Positions 56,225 through 64,000 of a stretch of 64,000 nucleotides of DNA are shown here, piece by piece. Below the pieces are notes generated by a model. The model had not been told where the DNA came from. It made no database searches and saw nothing but the letters and a program-made list of their open reading frames with translations. A program made the position numbers and the translations under genes. Origin of the DNA: an uncultured Gemmatimonadales bacterium (GTDB lineage Bacteria; Gemmatimonadota; Gemmatimonadetes; Gemmatimonadales; GWC2-71-9); the NCBI GenBank assembly GCA_963695555.1, contig CAVOGR010000007.1:160001-224000 (forward strand). Reading direction: 5' to 3'. The stretch's first letter is position 1; every line of letters begins with the position of its first letter.

Positions 56225-57811
56225 CTACCCGCCGAACTTGATGCCCTGCGCCAGCGGCAGCTCGGTGCTCCAGTTGACGGTGTTGGTCTGGCGGCGCATG
56301 TAGACCTTCCACGCATCGGAGCCCGACTCGCGGCCGCCGCCGGTTTCCTTCTCGCCGCCGAAGGCGCCGCCGATCTCGGCGCCGCTGGTGCCGATGTTCA
56401 CGTTGGCGATGCCGCAGTCGCTGCCGCGGTGCGACAGGAAGTACTCCGCCTCGCGCACGTGCTCGGTGAAGATCGCCGACGACAGCCCCTGCGGCACGCC
56501 GTTGTGGAGTCGCCATGGCCTCCTCGATCTCGGCCACCGCCTGCTGCGGCGAGGCGTCGCTTGCTGCCGTAGCCGATGATGTAGAGGATCGGCGCGAACG
56601 TCTCCTCCTGCACGATCTCGAACTCGTTCTTCGCCGCCGCGATGCACGGCTTCACGTAGTGGCCGCCCGGGTAGTCCGGGCCGTCGAGCGCTTCGCCGCC
56701 GTACAGGATCTCGCCGCCCTCCTGCCTGCACCCGCTCGATCGCATTCTGCAGATCCTCGACGGCCGCCGTGGTGACCAGCGGTCCCATCAGCGTCGTCCG
56801 GCTTCCGCGGGTCGCCGATCGCGGATGCCCTCGTAGGCCCGCGCGAGCCGCGCCGACGAGCTCGTCTCGTGATCGACTCGTGCACGATGATCCGCCGCGT
56901 GACGGTGCAGCGCTGGCCGGCCGTGCCCACCGCGCCGAACAGGATCGCCGGCAGCGCCAGGTCCAGGTTGGCGTGCGGCGTGACGATGATCGCGTTGTTG
57001 CCGCCGAGCTCGAGGATGGTGCGGCCGAGGCGCTTCCCACGACCTCGCCGACGCGGTACCCGACCTGGCAGCTGCCGGTGGCCGAGACCAGCGGGACGCG
57101 CCGGTCGTGCAGCATCCGGTCGCCGACGGTCGAGCCCTTGCCGATCGATGAGCGAGAAGATGGCCGGGTCGACGTCGTTCTCCTCGGCACACCTGCTGCC
57201 GCGATCTTGGTGCACGCGATCGCGGTGAGCGGCGTCTTGCTGGCCGGCTTCCAGAGCACGCTGTCGCCGCAGACCGCGGCGATGGCCGTGTTCCAGCTCC
57301 AGACGGCGACCGGAAAGTTGAACGCGCTGATCACGCCGACCACGCCGAGCGGATGCCACTGCTCGAACATGCGGTGGTCCGGCCGCTCCGACTGCATGGT
57401 GAGCCCGTAGAGCTGGCGCGAGAGGCCGATGGCGAAGTCGCAGATGTCGATCATCTCCTGCACTTCGCCCTCGCCCTCGGCCAGGATCTTGCCCATCTCG
57501 AGCGTGACGAGCTGACCCAGCTCGTGCTTCACCTCGCGCAGCCGGTTGCCGAGCTGCCGGACGAGCTCGCCGCGGCTCGGGGCCGGCACGCGGCGCCAGG
57601 CGAGGAAGGCCTCGTGGGCGCGGTCCACGATCCGGTCGTACTCCTCTTCGGTGACCTGCTGCACGGTCGCGATCCGCGAGCCGTCGATGGGGGTGATGAC
57701 CTCGAGCTCGGGACCGGAGCCGATCCACTCGCCGTCGAAGCCGCCCGCGTTGGTCTCCGTAATTCGCAGGCTCGCCAGGAAATCGCTCAGGACTGGGGCC
57801 GTCGTTGCCAT
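56225..57811 (-). CDS. ALDH7/antiquitin-type aldehyde dehydrogenase with multiple apparent frameshifts
   Basis: [30 protein letters not shown] and [22 protein letters not shown] are in one frame. ELGGNN, GQRCT and EETFAPILY are in other frames. Confidence 0.9.
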   Translation of the reverse strand: MATTAPVLSDFLASLRITETNAGGFDGEWIGSGPELEVITPIDGSRIATVQQVTEEEYDRIVDRAHEAFLAWRRVPAPSRGELVRQLGNRLREVKHELGQLVTLEMGKILAEGEGEVQEMIDICDFAIGLSRQLYGLTMQSERPDHRMFEQWHPLGVVGVISAFNFPVAVWSWNTAIAAVCGDSVLWKPASKTPLTAIACTKIAAAGVPRRTTSTRPSSRSSIGKGSTVGDRMLHDRRVPLVSATGSCQVGYRVGEVVGSASAAPSSSSAATTRSSSRRTPTWTWRCRRSCSARWARPASAAPSRGGSSCTSRSRDELVGAARAGLRGHPRSATRGSRTTLMGPLVTTAAVEDLQNAIERVQAGGRRDPVRRRSARRPGLPGRPLREAVHRGGEERVRDRAGGDVRADPLHHRLRQQATPRRSRRWPRSRRPWRLHNGVPQGLSSAIFTEHVREAEYFLSHRGSDCGIANVNIGTSGAEIGGAFGGEKETGGGRESGSDAWKVYMRRQTNTVNWSTELPLAQGIKFGG

Positions 57812-58047
57812 GGTTCTACCCACCGTATGTCTCGCTGGAAAGAAAGTGCTGTGTGGAGTTCTAGTACTGACGTCGGATTCTAGCATGGTCCGGCGGGCGA
57901 GGCCACTCCGCACTCAATGGGCGCTAATAGCGAACAACCCATGAAATCTGGAGATCCACGACCCGTGCCGTTACGTCGAAGTACCCGCCATCCTGGCGGC
58001 GTCGAGCCGGCTACCGTAGTTTGCCGCAGACTCCGGAGGCAATCACC

Positions 58048-59985
58048 ATGCACATGCTTGCTCGTCGACCACGTTTCCGATACCCTGCCCTCACCGCCCT
58101 GGCACTGGGACTGATCACGTGGCCCATGGCCGGCGCCGCGGCACAAGGCACCACCCGATGGTCGGGCCCGTCCCCGTTCCGGCCCCTCGACCTCCCGGCC
58201 GCCACCACCATCCGCACCGGCGCGGGACGCCCGGGCCCGGATTACTGGCAGCAACAGGTCGACTACAATCTCCAGGCGGCGGTCGACACCGCCACCCGGC
58301 TCCTCACGGGCTCGGGAACCATGACGTACCGGAACAACTCCCCCGAAAGCCTGTCTTTCCTCTGGCTCAAACTCGACGCCAACCGCTGCGGCGACGAGAG
58401 CGAGGCCGCAGTGCTCAACGTGCCACCGCTCCTCTTCGGCGACGCGGTGTTCGACTTCTCGTGCCGCGGCGGCAGCGGCATGACGCTCGAGCGGGTGACT
58501 TCTTCGCGGCGGGCCCTGCCTTACCAGGTGTCCGGGACGGTAGCCCGCGTGGAGTTACCCCATCCGATCCAGCCTGGCGGAACGATCGATATCGAGCTCG
58601 CCTGGCGGTGGACCCTGCCGGATTACGGCTACGGCCGCATGGGGCGTGACGGGACCCTCTATCAGATCGCGCAGTGGTATCCACGGGCTGCGGTGTATGA
58701 CGATGTGAGCGGCTGGAACATCGCGCCGTTCCTGGGCGCCGGTGAGTTCTACCAGGAATACGGCAACTTCAAGGCGGCGGTGAGCGTACCGGCCGGCTAC
58801 GTCGTCACGGCCACGGGTACCATCGACAACCCGGAGACGGTCCTGACAAGCGACCAGCGCGAGCGGCTCGCGCGAGCGCGGGCGTCGGAAACGGCCGTTG
58901 CGATCGTCACACGAGCGGAGGCGCTTCGCGCGCGACGGACAGCCGTCGCGGGGACCAAGACCTGGCACTTCTCTGCCCAGAACGTGCGGGACTTTGCCTT
59001 TGCCATGGCGCCCGATTTCCGCTGGGACGCGAGCAGCTGGGACGGTACACTGATCCAGACCTTCTATCGGCCTGAGGCGACGCTCTGGGAGGAAGCCAAC
59101 CGAATGTCGTGGGTCACGATCAAGCACTTCTCCGAGCGGCTGGCCCGCTATCCCTACCCGCACGCGACGACGGTGGAGGGCCCGAACGAGGGCATGGAAT
59201 ACCCCATGCTGACGTTCGTGCCGCGCGGCGCCTCGCGCGAAGAGCTTTACTGGGTGCTGACCCACGAATTCGGCCACGAGTGGTACCCGATGTTGGTCAA
59301 CTCCAACGAGCGGCTCCATCCGTGGATGGATGAGGGGTTCAATACCTTCATCGACATCGGATCGGTCGAAGAGTACTTCGCGGGGCAGGCCTACGCCGAC
59401 ACTATCGATCTGCAACCGCTGCATCTCTTTCCATTGCATGCGATCGAAGGACAGGAGCAGCCCATGGCGCTGCCGCCCGACGAGCAGCACGATCTCTACT
59501 GGGCCGCGTACTTCAAGCCGGCGCTCATGCTGCACCTCCTGCGAACGGAGGTCCTGGGCGCCGAGCGATTCGACCGCGCGTTTTCGGAGTACACCAAGGC
59601 GTGGAGCTTCAAGCACCCAACGCCGGCCGATTTCTTCCGGTTCATGGAGAATGCCTCAGGCAAGCAGATCGACTGGTTCTGGCGGGAGTGGATCTACTCG
59701 ACCGCCCGGCTCGACCAGGCCATCGATCGGGTGACCCCGGGAGCCGACGGCGTCGCAACGACGGTCTATCTGCACAGCCGTGGCGACATGCTGATGCCCG
59801 CCGAGCTGGCGCTGACCTTCATCGACGGCAGCAAAGAGACCGTCCGCCTTCCGGTCGAGATGTGGAAGCTCGGCCCGGAGTTCGCCTATCGCGTGCGCGG
59901 CGGCCGGCACCTCGCCCGCGCCGAGCTGGACCCGCGGGGCGTGTATCCGGACGTGGATCGCGGCAACAACGTGTGGCAACGGTAG
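58048..59985 (+). CDS. M1 family metallopeptidase
   Basis: GGAGG RBS; signal peptide; YWQQ..DY, GMEYP and HEFGH.W...WMDEG motifs. Confidence 0.92.
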   Translation: MHMLARRPRFRYPALTALALGLITWPMAGAAAQGTTRWSGPSPFRPLDLPAATTIRTGAGRPGPDYWQQQVDYNLQAAVDTATRLLTGSGTMTYRNNSPESLSFLWLKLDANRCGDESEAAVLNVPPLLFGDAVFDFSCRGGSGMTLERVTSSRRALPYQVSGTVARVELPHPIQPGGTIDIELAWRWTLPDYGYGRMGRDGTLYQIAQWYPRAAVYDDVSGWNIAPFLGAGEFYQEYGNFKAAVSVPAGYVVTATGTIDNPETVLTSDQRERLARARASETAVAIVTRAEALRARRTAVAGTKTWHFSAQNVRDFAFAMAPDFRWDASSWDGTLIQTFYRPEATLWEEANRMSWVTIKHFSERLARYPYPHATTVEGPNEGMEYPMLTFVPRGASREELYWVLTHEFGHEWYPMLVNSNERLHPWMDEGFNTFIDIGSVEEYFAGQAYADTIDLQPLHLFPLHAIEGQEQPMALPPDEQHDLYWAAYFKPALMLHLLRTEVLGAERFDRAFSEYTKAWSFKHPTPADFFRFMENASGKQIDWFWREWIYSTARLDQAIDRVTPGADGVATTVYLHSRGDMLMPAELALTFIDGSKETVRLPVEMWKLGPEFAYRVRGGRHLARAELDPRGVYPDVDRGNNVWQR

Positions 59986-60024
59986 CGGCGACATCGACTA
60001 GACAACCAGACAGGGAGAGGCGTG

Positions 60025-61185
60025 ATGGGGCAGAGCGGAAACAAGACGTTCGACATGGCCGCCGTGCAACGAGGCGCCCGGCTCCGGCGCTCGCCATTCT
60101 TCGAGGCGACGCTGGCGGCAGGGTGCCGGGGCTACACGGTCTACAACCACATGTTCCTCCCGATCGCCTATGCCGACCTGGAAGAGGAGTATTGGCGGCT
60201 GCTCAACGACGTGACCGTGTGGGATGTGTCGGTCGAGCGCCAGGTCGAGATCACCGGTCCGGACGCTTTTCGGCTGACCAACCTCCTGACCCCGCGCGAC
60301 CTGACCAAGTGCCAGGTCGGGCAGGGCAAATACGTCGTGATCACGGCGGAAGACGGGTGCATCATCAACGACCCGGTACTACTGCGCCTGGGCGAGAGCC
60401 ATTTCTGGCTGGCCCTCGCCGATAGCGACGTGCTCCTCTGGGCGCGCGGCGTGGCCTACAACTCGGGAATGGATGTCGAGATCACCGAGCCGGACGTCTC
60501 ACCGCTCCAGATTCAAGGGCCCAAGTCGAAGCCGGTAGTGCAGGCGCTGTTCGGGAACCGGGTGCTCGAGCTGCCGTACTACTACTTCATCGAGACCGAG
60601 TTGGACGGGATCCCGGTGGTGGTGACCCGCACGGGATGGAGCGGAGAGGTCGGGTACGAGATCTACCTGCGCGACGGAAGCCGCGGGACCGAGCTGTGGG
60701 ACCGGGTCATGGCGGCCGGCAAGCCGCACAACATAGCCCCGACCGGACCGTCGGACATCCGACGGATCGAGGCCGGCATCCTGAACCACGGCGTCGATAT
60801 CACGCTGGACGACACGCCCTACCATGTGGGACTCGAGTGGTTGGTGAACTTGGGCCAGAAAGCCGACTTCATCGGGAAGGACGCGCTTCGCCGATTGGAA
60901 GCGAAAGGGGTGAGCCGGAAACTGGCTGGAGTCGAGATCGCCGGCGACCCGCTGGACCTCAACATCACCCGCTGGCCGGTCCATGCCCGAGGCACGCAGG
61001 TGGGATCGGTCACGTCGGCGGTCTACTCGCCCCGCCTGGAGCGGAACATCGGCTACGTTATGGTGCCGACCAAGTACGCAAAGCTCGGCACCGAGCTCAC
61101 CGTCCATACGCCGGCGGGCGAACGGGAGGCCACCGTGGTCGTCAAGCCGTTTGTCGATCCGAAGAAGGACGTGCCAAAGTCCTAA
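60025..61185 (+). CDS. GcvT-family aminomethyltransferase, DmdA-related
   Basis: YTVYNHM.LP, WDV..ERQV.I.GPDA, NDPV, EPDVSPL..QGP and PF.DP.K motifs. Confidence 0.88.
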   Translation: MGQSGNKTFDMAAVQRGARLRRSPFFEATLAAGCRGYTVYNHMFLPIAYADLEEEYWRLLNDVTVWDVSVERQVEITGPDAFRLTNLLTPRDLTKCQVGQGKYVVITAEDGCIINDPVLLRLGESHFWLALADSDVLLWARGVAYNSGMDVEITEPDVSPLQIQGPKSKPVVQALFGNRVLELPYYYFIETELDGIPVVVTRTGWSGEVGYEIYLRDGSRGTELWDRVMAAGKPHNIAPTGPSDIRRIEAGILNHGVDITLDDTPYHVGLEWLVNLGQKADFIGKDALRRLEAKGVSRKLAGVEIAGDPLDLNITRWPVHARGTQVGSVTSAVYSPRLERNIGYVMVPTKYAKLGTELTVHTPAGEREATVVVKPFVDPKKDVPKS

Positions 61186-61226
61186 GCGGTTCGATCATGG
61201 TGTATCTGCCCGCATCGGTGGCGTGG

Positions 61227-63281
61227 TTACTTCCACGCCACCGCACCCACCTCCACGAGGTCTTCCAGGTAGCGTCCCACGAGTAACGTGGACACAGGGC
61301 CGTACTCGGCACTCAGCGCGTTTCGAATGTCGGTGACGGTCCGTGCCCCATCGATGAAGTTGACCAGCTCGAAGCGCTGATTTCCGTTCAGGGTGAATAC
61401 GGGTGAGGCGTACCAGGCTGCGCGATCCGGATCCAATCCGCTTTCGGGAAGGCCGAAGTCCAACGGTCCACGGGTCAGCCGGATCGGGACCCGTGAATCG
61501 GTGGCGGTCGTCGGTCGACCGGCGGGCAGACCCGCGGTCCGCGCCTCATCGCCGAGCGCCGTTCGTAGGGCGGCGGCAACCTGATCGAGCCTATTCCCTG
61601 CGGCGCGGACCGCACGCCGGGCTTCCTCGCCTTCATTGAAGAGTCCAACCGACGCGACTGCCGCCTGTTCCCACGCCGCCGTGTGGGTCAGCGCGTTCCG
61701 GCCTTCGAACCAGGCCGATGCGCGATTCTCACCCGACGCCGCCAGCATCGCCGACCGGATCTCGCGCGCCGCAGCACCCAGCCGCGCCATGCCGTTCTGC
61801 CCGACCAGGTAGGCCAGATCGGCCGCCTCGGTCGGACTCAGGTCTGACAGATAGACGGCTGTTGCCGCGGCGATGATCTCGCTCCGCTCGAGTTCCACCG
61901 GATCCACTTTGTCCGGCGTGTCCTCCGAAGTGTGGTGGGTGTAGTCGGGGCCGTGGCCCAGCATGATGCCCGGCACCTTCCGGTCGATGAACATCATGTG
62001 GTCGCTGCCGCCGGAATACGGCGTGACCCGGTAGTTCATGGCGGACAGGCTGCCACGCGGGGTGCGCACATCCATCCGCGATACCATCTCCGCCATGTTG
62101 GCCACCACGTCGTTCAGCGCCGATGGGATCGAGGCCGGTGTCATGGTCAATCCCATTTTGGAGTGAATGATCTCGAGGTTCTCCCCCACCATGTCGAGGT
62201 TCAAGTTGGCCAGCACCCGCCCACCGAGTGTGGGGCCTCGGAGTTCGGGGTGGCGGTCGATGTAGGCCATGGTGCCGTACCACTCGGGCACCCAGAGGAA
62301 CCGGAGGGTGCGCTTGGGCCGCGGCAGCCGACCGGACTCGATCAGCTGATGCAGTGTCGCTGCGATGTCGACCAGCGCGGCCGAGCCCGACGCGTTGTCG
62401 TTCGCCGACTCCTTGGGGTGATCGAGGTGGGCGCTGAAGACGATCTCTTCGTCGGGACGCTCCGAGCCCCGGATGACGGCCACCGGCACGTCCATGAAGT
62501 AGGGCTCGAGCCCGATGCCGGTGACCCGCCCATGGAGCACCACCTTGGTGCCGCGTTCGAGCAGAGATCGAAGCCCCGCGCCCTGCCGGTTGGTCAGGTT
62601 GAACCCGAAGGTGACCCGTCCCAGCTCCTCGGTCAGGGGCCACATACCGGTATACGCGAGCATGTCGGGGTATTCCCGGGCCCGGTCGTCCTCGAGATAG
62701 CACACAACCGCGGCTGCGCCGTACTTGAGCACGGCGAGCCGGTGCACCGACCCGCCGTAGCCGGTCGCCAGGACGAACTTGCCCGCAACATCCTTTCCTT
62801 CATAGTCCGCGTCGCTGGTCCCACTTCCCACCCAAACCAACTCGGCTGTGACGTCGCCGGGATTGGAGTAGGTGATGACGCTCATCGCGATCTCGGGATA
62901 CCCGACGATCCGCTCCTCCCGGGGCTCGACCATGCGAAGCTCGCCGGACGTGATGTCCCAGCCCGAGGGCGACTGCCAGGTCTGGTAGTCGATCCGGCCG
63001 TCCGACGGGAACGACTCGGTCAAGGCGTCGGATTCGGCAAACCCCGCCGCCCGAAGCGCCGCCTCGACGTACTCGGCCGCGTGGCGGTAGCCGCGCGATC
63101 CCTGGATCCGGTGGTGGCGGCTGATCTGGATCACGTGATCCTTGGCGCGCTCACCGGACAGGGTCTCGTGCAGCAGGTCGCGGCGATTGGAGTCGAGCAA
63201 CGGGGCAAAGTCTTGGGCCGGGAGTGGCGGCGGGAAGGCGGTCAGTAGAAAGGCGGTCAGGATGGCAATCGACGTTTTCAT
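61227..63281 (-). CDS. M28-family peptidase with a PA domain (DUF4910-like)
   Basis: Signal peptide; SAHLDH...ANDNASG, VPE, NLDMVG, GGSDH and HHTSEDT motifs. Confidence 0.88.
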   Translation of the reverse strand: MKTSIAILTAFLLTAFPPPLPAQDFAPLLDSNRRDLLHETLSGERAKDHVIQISRHHRIQGSRGYRHAAEYVEAALRAAGFAESDALTESFPSDGRIDYQTWQSPSGWDITSGELRMVEPREERIVGYPEIAMSVITYSNPGDVTAELVWVGSGTSDADYEGKDVAGKFVLATGYGGSVHRLAVLKYGAAAVVCYLEDDRAREYPDMLAYTGMWPLTEELGRVTFGFNLTNRQGAGLRSLLERGTKVVLHGRVTGIGLEPYFMDVPVAVIRGSERPDEEIVFSAHLDHPKESANDNASGSAALVDIAATLHQLIESGRLPRPKRTLRFLWVPEWYGTMAYIDRHPELRGPTLGGRVLANLNLDMVGENLEIIHSKMGLTMTPASIPSALNDVVANMAEMVSRMDVRTPRGSLSAMNYRVTPYSGGSDHMMFIDRKVPGIMLGHGPDYTHHTSEDTPDKVDPVELERSEIIAAATAVYLSDLSPTEAADLAYLVGQNGMARLGAAAREIRSAMLAASGENRASAWFEGRNALTHTAAWEQAAVASVGLFNEGEEARRAVRAAGNRLDQVAAALRTALGDEARTAGLPAGRPTTATDSRVPIRLTRGPLDFGLPESGLDPDRAAWYASPVFTLNGNQRFELVNFIDGARTVTDIRNALSAEYGPVSTLLVGRYLEDLVEVGAVAWK

Positions 63282-63469
63282 GACGGCTAAACTCCCTCAG
63301 TGGAACTGCCCCTTGGGCACACTCTCGATCGTCAACAACGATGGTTCGACGGAATCTCGCAAAACGATGTCATCCCCTGAGCATACCGCTCGACCGCCAA
63401 ACCCGCCATCTTCGTAGCGTTCGGCAAACGACATGTGCCGCCATCCATGACCAGCAACACCGAGCGATC

Positions 63470-64000
63470 ATGAACGAACTCAATGGAAAGCGCGCCCTGG
63501 TGACCGGCGCCACCAGCGGCATCGGCCGGGCCACGGCCAGGCTCCTGCTGGAGCGCGGGGCGACCGTGGTCGGCACCGCCAGGCGGAAGGAAGCGCTCGA
63601 TCAGGCCGCGACCGACCTCGGCGCAGGGAAACGGTGGATCCCAATCGCAGGAGACTTAACATCGGCCGATTTCCGGACCTCGCTGGTCGGGGCGGCGCAG
63701 AAACAGGCCGGCGGCCTCGACCTCCTGGTCAACGCCGCGGGTATCCTGACCACGGGGACCTGGGAGACGACCAGCCTGGACGACTGGGACCGGATGCTCG
63801 ACATCAATCTCCGGAGCGTGTTCGGCCTCACCCGGCTCGCGATTCCGTTATTGAAGGAAAGCCGAGGCGCGATCGTCAACGTGAGCAGCGTGACCGGAAC
63901 ACGAGCGTTCCCGGGGTGCTGGCCTACTGCGTGAGCAAGGCGGGGGTCGATCAGCTGACCCGTTGCTTGGCACTCGAGCTGGCAGCCGACGGGGTCCGGG
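63470..64000 (+). CDS. SDR oxidoreductase, runs off the window; one apparent frameshift
   Basis: TGATSGIG, VNAAG, VNVSS. Adding one G to GGGG at 63913-63916 restores VLAYCVSKAGVDQLTRCLALELA (YxxxK). Confidence 0.9.

Noticed and set aside
63905..63934. Programmed frameshift in the SDR gene
   Set aside because: A single missing G in a G-run with no slippery heptamer; a homopolymer sequencing error is simpler, given the indels in the ALDH gene.

Overview
A gene-dense, GC-rich bacterial chromosomal window. Its gene content (tandem 6-bladed beta-propeller lipoproteins, an ECF sigma paired with a Ser/Thr kinase-TPR protein, many secreted peptidases) suggests Gemmatimonadota; this is inference only. 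I found no rRNA, tRNA, CRISPR array, transposase or prophage. It holds roughly 60 CDS. Main blocks: three ECF sigma modules; an sqr-tusE-dsrE sulfur operon; a five-gene mannoside utilisation cluster (GH38-like, CBM9-like, SSS transporter, GH130, GH38); malic enzyme; S46, M1, M28 and M66 peptidases; a sigma54-preceded four-gene minor-pilin cluster; two tandem cold-shock genes; an ALDH7-type dehydrogenase with many indels; and a DmdA-related aminomethyltransferase. The strongest unexplained signal is non-coding. Both csp genes carry a duplicated promoter and a ~210-nt leader whose hairpins are kept by compensatory substitutions, making it a candidate structured cis-regulatory RNA. Also notable: an ECF/ZAS operon encoding a 'mini-secretin' lipoprotein, a kinase with Zn-ribbon/2TM/coiled-coil architecture, a large HpsA-like PilX, a small conserved-looking gene with an in-frame amber codon, and recurring sigma54 and ECF promoter motifs. 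All family calls come from motif recognition by eye, not database searches. Start codons were adjusted using RBS and context.
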